Positions 52,801-61,500 of a stretch of 64,000 bases of DNA are shown here, piece by piece (the first letter of the stretch is position 1; each line of letters begins with the position of its first letter). The DNA lies in NCBI GenBank assembly GCA_965644315.1, contig CBFFRQ010000031.1, positions 372,001-436,000 of the forward strand, given 5' to 3'. The notes under the pieces are model-generated. The model saw only the letters and a list, made by a program, of their open reading frames with translations. It made no database searches and was not told the origin of the DNA. The position numbers and the translations under genes were made by a program. The stretch comes from Caecitellus pseudoparvulus. Its lineage: Eukaryota; Protista; Bigyra: Bicosoecida.

Positions 52801-54973
52801 GCGGGGCTGCACTTCGGCCTCGCTCATGGAGCAAGCCGGGTTGAGCAAGCTCCAATCCCAAAGGGCCAGGAAGCACGCCTCGCAGAGAGCCGGGCGGGAG
52901 GGTGTCTGCCCACGCCTCTACTTTGGCGAATGGTGTCGATGTGGAGCTTGAAAGGTTGCTACCCCACGCAGTCTCGTTGTCTGCCAGGCTCGTGTGGGCA
53001 AGGAGGCGCTTTCGTTGGTTGGATAGCACGAGGCCGTCATAGCCGACGGGGTGGGAGTACACAGACACGCTGGGCGGCTCATCGCCCAGGTAGTTGCTGG
53101 CTGTCATCGGGGAGAACTCTTTGTCAAACAGCTCAAGCATCTTCTCTCGCATAGCCTTGAGAGGGTCCTCATCTACTATGTCCACCCGCACATCCAACGC
53201 AATCTGGAAGGACAAGTCAGCAGTCAGCAGCAGCTCCAGGGGGTCCTTGTGCCGCAGCAACGTTGGCCGGCTGCACTTGTTGGTGGGGTCTGGCAGTGTG
53301 CCCGTGACGAGGAACTGGCCACACATCATGACAGTGATGGGGACCACGAAGTACACTCGCATTTCGCCGTAGAAGCACACCTCAGGCTTCATCCACAGCG
53401 TGACACGCATGTCGTCTGCGATCACTTGCTCCTTTTTTCCGACTGGCTGGTCCACATCAAATGTCAGGGCACCTGCCCACGGCTTCTCGCCATCAATATA
53501 GCGGAACCCAGCCTCATGGCGCTTGGCATTCTGATAGGTCCGGGTGGCAAAAAAGCCGTTGATGCGCAGACCCAGCTCCATGCCCACGCGCATGCCGAAC
53601 GCCGCGTTTACGTGGACAGGCACCTTGCCCACCATGACCCACTTGCCCCCTTCCCCGAACAGCAAGCGGTGGAAAAGGTTCCAGTCTTTGCGCCACCGTT
53701 TGGGATGTTCCCATAGATCCAGCTTGAAGCGGATGCTGTAGCCGTATTCGAAGTGAGCCATGAACGACAATTCCATGAGCTGTGGGCAAAGCTTCACCAC
53801 ATCCACCTTGTGGCACTTGGTCGCCTTCACGTTCAGCTTGAAGTCATAGCCAGAGAAGGCATATGCGTAGCAGTTCTCACACTTAATGGCGCCCATGATG
53901 GCTTTGGCAGCACTGCATGCTTTGCCATCGTCTCCTTCGTCCCAACAGGCGCCAACCTTCCACCCGAGTTTCTTCAAGGCATCATTGACTTTTCCTTGGT
54001 TTTCCTTCACATGCGTGCTCAAGGCTGCCGCCATGTCATTGAGAGTAACTTCATCTTCCAAGATTTCCTTCTTGTCAAAGTCCCAGTTCCACCCAATTCG
54101 AGCAAATCCGTAGGGGTCCTTGATCTCGACCTTGCATCGGTCATCGACAATGTAGGAGTCCAACGAGCAGTCGATGTTGCGCTCTTGGGTGCTCTCCAGC
54201 AGGCGTGCATGCACCAAGTCTGGACCAGCCTCACTACTCCAAGCCTTGACGTCCTCTGCGTCCGCATCCCACAGCTGCCGCCGGTGCTGTGGCAGCGGGT
54301 GCTCCACGCCCATGGCCTCCTTGGCTGGGCTGATGCCTGGGAAAGCTGGGATGGCATTCGGGGAGGCCCTGAAAGCAGCTTCGTCTGGTGTCTTGGTGTC
54401 TTTTTCAGCTGCAGCCCGAAGGCCTCGTGCCATGGCTTCTGGAGCAGATGATCCATGGTGCAGAGCGTGTCCGGTCCGGTGCTTGATGGACACTTCCGCA
54501 GAATGGAACATCTCCCACAGCTGCAAGTCTTCAGTCTCCACGAGGAGTGTGGAGAATGCAGGTGCGGTGGTTATGCGCGTCACAGCCTTCACGCGGCGGT
54601 AGATGGGCGTGGGCTCTGAAGCAGTGGGGTCGGTGTGGCAGCGCCAGACAGCAGAGCCAGACAGGATGGGGTTGCCAGCCGTGACGGTGAGATGGTGCTG
54701 CAACGCCGCATCGGCACCATCCTCAGTGGCCACGCGAAGCAAGAGGAAATCCTCCTCACACTCAACGTCCAGAAGGTGAGTGAGCTCGTCCATGTTCACC
54801 ATGCCAGCATGGTGCTGCACGGAGTACTTGATGTCATGCAAGCTGCCTCCTTGCCGTGTGCGCGAAAGCCCCGTGGCGTGGCTGGGGACAGAGGGGATCT
54901 GGAACGCTGAGATCCTTCGTATGGCTTGCCACACGATAACTAAGGCAAGCGTTGCAGTAAAGTGCCTTGCCAT
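40898..54973 (-). CDS. Giant (4,691 aa) secreted multidomain protein: 2x GH24 lysozyme-like, TSP1, 2x M15-peptidase-like/peptidoglycan-binding modules
   Basis: Uninterrupted ORF with N-terminal signal peptide and no C-terminal TM. GH24-like at ~46073-46587 and ~44642-45223; TSP1 (WSDWSACSVSCGTG..RSR) at 45407-45565; M15/PG-binding-like at ~42695-43453 and ~41300-42205. Confidence 0.85.
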   Translation of the reverse strand: MARHFTATLALVIVWQAIRRISAFQIPSVPSHATGLSRTRQGGSLHDIKYSVQHHAGMVNMDELTHLLDVECEEDFLLLRVATEDGADAALQHHLTVTAGNPILSGSAVWRCHTDPTASEPTPIYRRVKAVTRITTAPAFSTLLVETEDLQLWEMFHSAEVSIKHRTGHALHHGSSAPEAMARGLRAAAEKDTKTPDEAAFRASPNAIPAFPGISPAKEAMGVEHPLPQHRRQLWDADAEDVKAWSSEAGPDLVHARLLESTQERNIDCSLDSYIVDDRCKVEIKDPYGFARIGWNWDFDKKEILEDEVTLNDMAAALSTHVKENQGKVNDALKKLGWKVGACWDEGDDGKACSAAKAIMGAIKCENCYAYAFSGYDFKLNVKATKCHKVDVVKLCPQLMELSFMAHFEYGYSIRFKLDLWEHPKRWRKDWNLFHRLLFGEGGKWVMVGKVPVHVNAAFGMRVGMELGLRINGFFATRTYQNAKRHEAGFRYIDGEKPWAGALTFDVDQPVGKKEQVIADDMRVTLWMKPEVCFYGEMRVYFVVPITVMMCGQFLVTGTLPDPTNKCSRPTLLRHKDPLELLLTADLSFQIALDVRVDIVDEDPLKAMREKMLELFDKEFSPMTASNYLGDEPPSVSVYSHPVGYDGLVLSNQRKRLLAHTSLADNETAWGSNLSSSTSTPFAKVEAWADTLPPGSLRGVLPGPLGLELAQPGLLHERGRSAAPHHAPGHGALWRKVAARRLSDETPTPSSVPLERENVRILDADGVEVDAVPGEMLPWEAPKATRRKISHRFISADSLRHAALHRQLRDIAKGGREPILARDVSSYFGARAGHEHTQAAVYSVHAGSVPQSQTQRTAETLKAAYGTVLGSRMPDPQAAVRVVEAGDDQLDETLSKVPGFNTLVHELAGKGDAGLHLLHDGDNLVAVELVGSVSSARTLHRLRLEHVRHQRDYAVNQHAPIVLNASNAVITAHGRALGQTLVELRAPSQHALQDPFSSARHLAAVHAALDVAKHDGLLTRVKRNLQSSSCRGSEEDCAMVDEVRGDYKNWKRDNPGLAKVKVKQETKAKSGGGGGDGDITKLVSFIKKNEWIQKKLKSTGIGDKLSYNKAWWLMYPRTVAWKCLGPIPVPGSSGWLHPPLKNELGVVTHRLESFNNVPAAYDSSLQFTYWTDPQWANKNNDGQVVFQTDLSQRASAQEEWHKSGPFAATDENWREEDGNEFIDAVPSPKKYARLPVYDRCGVMRHELWIANTLRYFGKDLYHSFIRTVPLSCSKTGPSAEGHKGQDSTCEYWQQSSKTAMVTRVKTLTDAGRLNHRSTYAVLSTLFSPLRKLEPGLVHVATMPIGAGSTIKTAIGSSLAGTLDDHAAGGRTLYKLDIPDDTLHFYVTSHTTVWDQSSSTKKVIGKVNLHLSLEPFDDTITHNLNSSMWASHLDLAPESWNSEAASRRLVHVSGVNDVVKAAESGSVSAMTVCVEGHSFHAPGGGKWNLLTFITPNVELCQAAVGMNLVRGMLLNKPITVTAKQRCMDNSKTHALLQPVISDRAIGLFVTTSEVKGDLDVYYSNTPLTTAFNSAVANMDSFVSGKKKKQSMRWNEPHTVPVPGRKHTAQITMSGSDRIWVPCLDEATVDGEASPAGVPTPWAQRCRDVNFDGYFGAYLLPDPSRKSKVGEDFQGSVTVSEVLPMHAGRPQRVTAVRGRRRYFAVPIPVDAKRIVVHASHLPIGVCDTKPQLSSSSPPSDDLWLAQELLVDALGLRPVQFTPSGTWSDPKYQGGGKDTGQLVVDFRGARSGLTGSSEVIDSDVWAELCKQRLDGKTVNKAKASSAQTRVRVLDGKLRKHAELTVSVSSEIKAAVEESFAPHVGRGLGREGHFVEFYTSDLSSDPKHAAGNGTVRGLSDTSAATEPVEDGEPGEAQRLRFIFLEVEAVGRWMTYSTITVYPIASVKPGVLQRFSMPLDSALFFDAPLSPRVITAGGIAAAYIPTAPSSATAGKPYAGAMAAAEVHPRLFASYAYTPLWRLPSEFSTKTDSADIAFLRSKYLPVETLANDATSACKPAKVPPTAAKVVEESTDDGSAVQSCILSQSKRDIRTQHEGRTLAPTMAFLSLHALSAEGASKAAEDAPPTSPGSVDGGVGGNPAGDDGSGVPPAGFSSSEVPRTRVEDRSLFVADMTLQWATLQAIGDSHCARTYLPSQSYAFYSGRLPTWSRGVCIKTKPVRGLYAGDPNIMLRISTRASTQLFPLPTMEDDPANSLDSVSGRAPSTITVVPAGADDTNPVLPDALRVAGGDQITPGTQASAQTSGNSNLTAIAGRQPIDKLSVYWMELQRTYRAGAAAFKVSDPDADSFQVPTSALQSLFPVSGPLVDGISKVGGNPDPNLGVSEEIISARVHSAKTGADTALLWEGQALKPSSPENRLAYGDIKDVPVDVKEFSATYTATIEEVSPEGGMHKVSVTPLTTWPMRVTSELVAQSGQVLPSAAALQRGGVTITFESSCDTFAEDVVSNPFMRAALVRGLASNYTHAAKYLNENSVKNFEWLRTRPHPTLQGIDVLLGSPSDPIKEVGDWNYVGNEYTGHTLNIDLFLPNTTLNAAAFHSITRPPDFPQEGEGKSEWEEPVGSTLEQARERLKVLTPKQVAELPAGLQAFLASTPSEQRRAIAAAGGIPRDLLMAWAKEVSSAPVWDTVVVPLLYVAAVEDMGTFLSATNNLYADDKPLNGAQGSAEDIRGADGGVTYVGGPFLPGSSPPTSIPASWPANTLIHGSGGAVRFSPTSAFADWCGGRGFACGPFPVSDGQASVDHTTTTVVPAAMELIRQSWAYTSSAGSHRTARPWLITNGYSSPVREFPSVVAAQTEVSKCLGGGAASFCSWSQAEAEAGLRAAVEMLASQVAEKWEGVPLTVNQFSALVAFAYDVGPAAWTAADSANAGISSDNWSGFCPRLRTFIQGSPASPGCWDEDAVQRRHMECVLFWTPPGEDPPLRSFYQPSLPSATFDPSKAFRGFTGAVPTVDPRTDTNSWWTYPGLPNGHVDPAFTNAKCTSRRLLQLEGPATALFQHEDGAHLIVTEQGAGAAESEIVAILEERPSRVLRLESDAEIFSMGPAIGIHTANAVVAMREAEKLHPSPPRGGMSPHARSLARSLSTCIVGGWSDWSACSVSCGTGISTRSRSVTAAPPGSSSTSAVGGPCPALVETRACSTGTQCARGPTYTPHGQDPFLSHGGGVTRPLKTLATADHCGGRGGLCSPGGHAATSSLSLLSTSPEGMALIEHFEGADAGGSTLQGRLAPYHGAYDEPGLVSVGYGHIVEGASTVAEAASILGTSPISMDRARAFLLADVQDAERCVRNHLPRGVVLNANQFSALVSFVLSTDCSVLAERRVSGLRSALVQGRYDEVCSFIRREASAYTGLPSASISTTTVSVAGSTPASTAAEISVSSALVQRRHAECILFWTPVGEVVDSGHPLANFASLPSEFDPTLAMFGPPAQAFWTVHTDSSAGALSSGPPLDPASLAYADREAAGASLSSSRRSLAGSSEVEQIEREASQTFCRPAFWYDERRAIRVRRIQSDGQTLANECGNKKESRVFKPQVSAAYDDEGGVMKSTGQCPHPETVRTSKSEADAGSTVGGVPHVPVFTRLSPYKVSITLPPIPWYKLPPGSAELITPVVPGEVLSSGVTSPVLGELLIDEPPVLLELAMEEKARTRFANAMALIKRCREAAAESATGPQPLSPAKLGVTIDTQGRVVAPILHADVLAGRVGATSLYGYTPPPGNAPPPNGNTSAFLQFAETRAWGTGLQDLLKRSAAARSVQVEDDTTTPQPLAPVPSVSGGFSRDPLPPQMVDLCARNPATCGGQVSLQILSMLMCTEGGPFHSMQLLVNLGLVRLTSEAKVIPYAQRAVLQALRRKVELTRAAVGSSAQLTIAAGLRTPITQHFLHTWQSNGGAGNANTAVELPGLSMFETGSAVVLGDTPLTATGASVPIKLRDGSEVSVTTWADVMPLSLGDYDYQWEVNHAQPFAPSKVDGESVSWSVWALPGVDARGAATGIAPFPASTMLEAFQLLWNANVGMEDPSVVLRVTGRMDGPTQQAMAATPADGFPIGANCAFWPSVAVQHPPKEKRCKRFLVRAAIRFLEMFEKRFPRPCSGQEVIHDAVARADCIHKLVENGQPLTHPAVQTCGVSTSPCKKKTVDVSNIDSGVMPDLDGELEAFDETTGLWEPLGDAAPTPVEPPVTMVVEPSVRHLYSGKWSSLPEPWRLPPKDSELRHVACDLPALSRLNAQITDDLLCLDQGALVRVVPPSGVGLQGRAAEAPFLQRPAAQALMHATSAYRQLIHDAMKEAALDERAAELDVTVESMSNADRNIAISIADEMYADWNPTLMNVTHMWRPLLEHSVLSAHESCGTVDDSKSMPKEERIHSVGRVSMAFGTTMLVLSSTLDAGYARALQRSGWVLEGTLVEPGQIQPPTGGWSTEESEYLAQHPATQQYIKEGLSVLRYKGGPTCGGQTGTKGWKDVRRLTVLAYQRRWNADLPRLVNSHRVSEGVAQGITEDGLWGPETSDRLQQVPLHTGLLRSGSCACLPKSRRGRVQSLDRAGGGCTITKPAGYYTKESVILNDDGAGVVCEALLQYEAKCQAFAMWGFADARLHSVATGDTPGKEGYYSTAVDVTDTCPDDLEGVGLTPSMREDGQDGPCSDYVVASDAL

Positions 54974-55540
54974 GGTGCCGCGGCTGGCTAGGCACCCCAG
55001 TCACTGAGGCAGTGGCGTTTCACTCTGCACTCTCTGTTCAGATGGTGCCGCCAGCAGCGGGCGTCCTTCAATCACTACAGGCCTTTCAAGTAGAGAAGTG
55101 ACAAATACTGTATTGCTTGGGGCCAGGGAAGTTTGTCCCCTGCAGAAGATTTTCTGCACGTGCTTAAGATTTGCATAGCGCCAACGCAGATAGCCAGCGG
55201 TGCTTGGGTGGCTGTGCAGCTCAGCTCGGAACCCGTGCGGAACGTTCCTAAGGGGCTGCCAGAATGAGGAGAAGAAGAGAGACTCTGCATTGGATATGCG
55301 TAGGAGAACAATTCATACCCGTAGAGCAGTGAAAAAGAGGGCGCTCTGCCCTAGTTTAGCGAAGAATGGTTGCCCAAAGGCACCTTGCTCATGGCCGGGG
55401 TCCGCCACGCACGGGACGCGCCGGCTACTGAAGCATGGAGCTCCAGGATGGCGCATGCTTTGGGCACCACCGACACAGTCGGCAGACAGCAGATGATAGT
55501 TCCCTCGCGGCGCAACTGTTATTTGCCCAAGAATGTTGCT

Positions 55541-58500
55541 TCAGTTCTGGGAGCGCAAGTTTGAGCGGTCAGGCACCGCCAAGTGCGTACCCCGTCTCAG
55601 AGGGAAACTCCTCGTGTTGACTCGCCGCTCTGTGCTCGAGATAATGTGCCCGCCGCGAATGCGCCCTCGCTCTATGTCCGTGGGATGCCCTCTTGCGAGT
55701 CCTTTGTGCTTCCGTCCACCTGGAGATGGCTGTTGACCAATAGATGGCATGAGAGACATGCGTGCTGTTGAGTGCTTCGCACCCGGCGTGCCTGACACCT
55801 GAAGGAAAGACTTTGAGGGCAAAATACTCTTCCTACTGCCGCTTTTCCGGTCGCTTTGCGCACTGTTCTTAAAGTTGATCGGGTTCACTTGCCGATAGTC
55901 GAGCTCTTCGACATACTGGGAGCTAGTGTGCAAGCGTGAGGACTCGTATCCTTGCCGGTGCGAATCGCCGATGGCTGCGACGTTAGGCCCTTGGAGCGAA
56001 GCATGGGCGAGTGATTGTCGGCGTCGAGCAGCAATAGCAGCGGCAGCGAGACTTGTAGATAGCATGGGATTCATGCCAGTCACGATGCTGCCTCTTCCGG
56101 AAGAGCGTCGGGTGTTCCCATGGAGAGCGTGGCCTGGCACTCCTGGTCGAGGGCGCTCGGACTTTGTCGCGGTCCGTGCAGAGCGAAGCTCTCTTGAAGC
56201 TGTCAAGCGCGCAACTGCCAACGCATCTCGCTTTTGAAAGACTGAAGAACGTGTCGGCTTGACTGCGGCAACGAACTGACTTTGTAGAGCAATACCAGAC
56301 TGGCGGAAGGTGCGCCTTCGCTGAGTTTTCCTCGGGACTTCAACCGAGCTCATGGGCATCGGAGCAGCTGACTCCCGCTTTGCTTCCTTCATTCGTAACG
56401 GATTGAGGCCGTCCACGGGTACGCTTCGGCGACGGGCTGCTGCCAGAGATCGTTTTTGACCGGCTTTTAGACGGCGTCGGAAGACCACAACAGCTGAAAC
56501 GATCACGAGTGCCATGCACACGGCGATGACTGGGCCGAGCCACACCCAAATGCTGAAGACTGGCACAGGCTCCTCCTCACTTGTTTTTCCGAGACGATGG
56601 GACTCGTACCCCACAACCACCGCTGAAGAGGTGGATGCACCAGCATCATCCACAACCACCGCTTCGAGAATGTACACACCTGGCTGACTGAGAGAAGCCA
56701 CTGTCCCAGCAGAGGCCGACACGGGGACTGGATCTGCGGCTGGGCCAGCAAGGAACAGCGTCTGCGACGCCGAAGCGCCCCCCAGCACCTCTTCCGAGCA
56801 GTCTCGAACGTCCTCAGCGGCGTCCAACCAGTGCAGTTGCGAGGTGCCTTCTGGCAGAGCTGCTAGTGAAAAGCCAAGCTCACTGTGCTGGCGGGCGAGA
56901 GTCATTGACGCCTTCTCAGCGACAAAGGTAACATTGCCGAAGTCACGAGTCACAGCACAGCGCCAGAAAGTGCGCGTCACGTTGCCATCAGCATCGGCAG
57001 TTCCTGCCAGCTGCACCATGACACCTTCTGGGGACTGCGCCAGGAGGGAAGCCACGGGCACGCTCGCGGCAGTGGCTGGTCCCCGCAGATCCACACTGCC
57101 CGCGGCGGTACTGTGTGTCGCAGCATTCACAGCCAGAACAGGCGGAATGGTCACTCTGAATGCCAGCTCAGCCGTGGCCACTGCTCCTTGAGCATCTTCC
57201 ACCTCAACTGCCACGCGATGCGCGCCTGGGAGCAGCGATCCAAGGGTGAGAGTCGCGCCGTTCCGGCTCATGGCTGCTGTGGCTTGCACAGGTACCTGCT
57301 CAAGGGCCGAAGCCGCGCTAGTTTGACCAGAGGCAGCGCTAACCACGGCTGGGTCGCTGCTAGCCCATGCAGATGGAGCTGCGAGGTTTGCTGACCGCGC
57401 TGATGTCGCAGGGGCGATGCTGCCGTACAGCGCCAGGACTGAATCAGCGAAGCCTGTGCTGAACGCGCGCCCATTTGGAGGCGAGTTGGCAGCCACGGAG
57501 GATCCATCCACCCTGTGGCTGGGATCAAACGCCCCGCCTTCCACATAAAACCACGAGAAGCCGAGTGCATCTGAGGAATCTCCATCTGAGCTCCCTGATG
57601 CATCCAGCGTTACTTCAGCTGCAACCTGCCCAGGAGGCACGAGGAACAGAGTCTGGTTGGAGAAGAGGGCAGCGCTGGGACGCTCCTGCAGCATGGGGGC
57701 GAACTCTGTCAAGTGGCAGATGTTCACTGTGTAGTACTTGGCGACCACGTCCAGGTGCCAGTAGTAGTCGTCACCTGTGCAGGTGTCGGCGGCATTCATC
57801 CACCTGCCTTCTGCTACAGAGTAGAAGAAGAGCGTAGGCGCAGCAGCCGCGGGGTCAATGCTGCCACCAGCAGACCCCACGCCGTAGAACAGGGAGATTT
57901 GAATGGGTTCTTGGAAGACGAAGGAATCCAGGGGAGCGCCATCTTCATCCAAGGCCTTGATGGCAAAGGAGTAGCCGTTCCACTTGAAGTTGTTTGCTGG
58001 GGGCTTGTCGTCTGGGTTGTGTAGGCCGTTGACCTTGAGCGGGTCAGTGCTGCTTCCCCCTGCTCCAACATCATCGGGGCCAAAGCTGGACGCCATGAAG
58101 CGTGTGGACGAATTCACAGACCCAGGTGGAATGTACACTGAGCCAAACGTGGCGTCGTCGTCGAAGTCCGAAGGCTTGGCTCCGACTGCTGGCCCTGAAG
58201 TGGAAGTGCCGTTGCCCACCAAGCCTTCATCTGTGACATTCCCCAGCTTGACGGTATCAAACGCCATGACAGTGCCACTGGTAGGTGTGACAGACGTGTC
58301 CCCACGCCCCACACGGACACCTGAAGAGACCATGAAGAGGGACTTGAGCCCAACAGGGTTGATTGCTCGCACTGCAACGTAGTACACTGTGCTGGCCTGG
58401 AGCTCTGCCCCCAGCAGCGTGAGGACAGGCGCCTTAACTCCGATAAGGTACCCGCCTGTCGCGTCACATGAGATGGCAGTCCTGGACACGTTGACCCATC

Positions 58501-61500
58501 CTCCAACGTTGTTGTCGGTGACTGGGACGCCAGCCACAGGGCTTGCTTGCAGTTGCTGGATGCCGTGCACCTCATCGTCATCGTCAGTTCCAAGACCGAC
58601 ACCTGGAGGCGAACTGCTGATGCAGTACTCGAAGGACAAGTCGCCAGTCTGAGGCGTCGCAGCCAAGGCCTCGTCCTGAGGAGAGGGGGTGGTGCTGGCG
58701 TCTGTCTCTCCTGCTGTAAGCATGGAGGAAGCAGGCTGCACCTTGGCCACCGCACTCTCAGCGTCGCTGGTAGACCAGTGGGCGAACAGCGCATCGGTGT
58801 AGCTCTGCGTCGCCACATCCAGGCCTTGGATGCCATCCTTCACAAAGTCCATGGTGGGAGGTGTCGTGTCCACGACGACACCATCTGTCGTAACGGATGA
58901 GGCAAGGCCTGCCTGGTTCCAAACCCAGACAGTTGCGAAGTACCTGGTGCCCGTGACCAAGGTCAGGCCCGTGGCCACAGCGTACGTGGTCACCCCCACA
59001 TGCCCGAAGGGGACTGTGTCGCAGGCACCAGGCGTCGTGCCAGCGCACCAGCCATACCCGGCAATGCCGGACTCGGAGTCTGACACGCCGCTCCAGGACA
59101 CAGACAGGGCAGTGGTGTTGGCAGTGTAGTTTGCATCTGTGCCTGGCGACGGGACACGGAGGCCCTTTGAGCCAGCGAGCTCAAAAACGCGTTCAGGGGG
59201 CAGGAAGCCATCATCTGCAACGGCAGCTACATCGTCAACGAGGTACATCTGACTGGGGTCAGTGTCTTCAGGTGAGTTGAGCGCCGCGAGGCCATCCACG
59301 ATGGCGCCTGTGGGGATCACTGGCGGGGTAGTGTCCACAGTGAACCCACTGGATCGCACTTCGAACGTGGAGCCGGCCTCGCTGCGGCTGCGCAAGTACA
59401 CCGTGTAGTGCCGGCCGTGCACCAGCGGCTGTGCCAGGGAGTTGTTCAAGGAGGTTCCGTTGACTGACGCCTCAGCCAGCACATCTGCCTGCGCAACAGC
59501 CCCAGAGCAGGACACATCGCCGCACGAAGAGCACGCTGTGGCCAGGCCACCTGGAGACCGTGTCCCAGCTGGGCAAGCGGTGCACAGCATGGCAGCATCC
59601 CCGTGAATGGCGAGGTCAGTGGCTTGGATGTAGAAGCCTGGATCACAGAAAGCCGACCTTGAAGCGGTTGCATAGCCATTTCCAGGGGCAGTTGGGGTGG
59701 ACACCGTCACAAGCTGCTGCTGCTGCAGGTTGGCTTCAGCACGAAGGGCTGGGGGAGGGAGGGTGCTTGGGTTAATCAGCTGACTGGTGCGAATGGGAGC
59801 CGTGCCCACTTGCTGCAGCACAACGCGGCATGCACCGCTGGCCGGGTTTACGTGCACCACTGCGTCCCACGACATGGTGGCTACGATGCTGGCGTTGTAT
59901 GCGGACGCAACACCCGCAACGGCAAGGAGAGTCGTGCCTGGGGCAAGCGAATGGGATGAAGGCACGTCAGATGCACGCACGCTTGTGATGAAGTTTGTCA
60001 CGAGGGGGAAGCTACTGCCGTTGCTTGCAGCTTGAGACACAGCGCCAGCCGCTGCAGATCCCAATTCCTCACTTGCCAGTGCACAGATCGAGTCGGCAGT
60101 TGCGGAGGCGCCCGACAGAGCAAACACCTGCAGGGAGTTTCCAGATGCTGCCACTGGCGCGGATGTAGAGTCACCGGATGTGGATGACGTAGATGTGGAG
60201 GAAGCGCTCGCTAGCTCTGGCTGTACGGCGGCGAGAACACCCAACGTGCCTGCACCAGCCACCGCGATGGACTGCTGGAATGCAGGCACCTCTTGCAGCG
60301 GCACTTCCAACTGCCAAGGTAGGTTTGTTCCGGCATCGGTAGCAGTGACGCCAGCGGCTGTAGCCGCTGGGTCGCCGGCAGCCCGGACTGCCGCAATGTC
60401 ACTGCTGATGCTAGCCGCAGCATCCAAGCTAGGCATGGATGCTGCCTTGGCACAGAAGAATGCACCAGCTGACAGGCACTGAGAACTGAGGGCAGCTACC
60501 CAAGATCCGCTGGCAGCGACGACAGGGGCGGGATAGCGATCTGCTGCCAACGAGATGGGGAGCGACCCTGCCGCGAACGCAGCCTGAACGCCGTTCGAGA
60601 TCACGAACGGTGCCACGTAGACGCGGGCTGACACAGGCGACAGAACGGTTGGGATGGCAACAAAACCTTCATCCGCGGAGGATGCTCCCGCACGGGGAGG
60701 GCCCCACGTGCCAGTGCTTCCTCCAGCGGATGCAATTGCGGCGAAGGAGACTCCGGCTCCTCCCGCACACGCAGAAGTAGCACACGAAGAACCTGCAACA
60801 GAGAAGCCCGCTGCATCCAGCATGACAGTCAGCGGTGCTCCGTTGACAGCTGAGAAGGCAGTGTGAGAGGACGTCAGCACCTGTACTTCGTCGCCCAATT
60901 GCACGGCAGCGCCGGTACCAGCTGCCACGAATGCAGTAGCGGCGTCACTAAATGCCACGCTTGAGTGCTCGCTACCAAGTGCAGGGAGAGGCAGCACCGA
61001 TTGAGGTGCAACGACCAGAGCATGTGCGGCAAAGTCATGGCAGCAAGGGCTGGAGAGCGGCTGAGGGCCGCCGAGGCCCGGGCCCAAAACTTTGTCAATG
61101 ACGGCCCAGTGGCGATGGGTGTCGTTTGACACGTGCAGTCCTGTGGGCGCGCGAGCTCCCACGGGGGCCACAGGGAGTTGGAAACCGTCTCGCCACGCGC
61201 CGTCGTCATCAGTAGATGGCACAGGGACAGTCGAGTACTCAGAGGTCGAGCTCGTGAAAACTGTCGTTGTTCCATCAGCTTCGCCAACTGTGACGTTGTC
61301 ACTCGGACGGCTGGGGGCTTCGTCCCCGCTTTGAACGAGGGCCCACTCAAAGTGCTTGAGCGGAGCCAATCGAGGCGGGTTGTGGCCTGCAAGCTCAGGC
61401 GCAAGGGCAGCAAACTCAGCAGATGTCATGTTCAGGTCTGCATACATGTCAAACCCTGGGCTGTTTGCAATGATAGGGTCCGTGCCCAAGTCTCCCAGGC

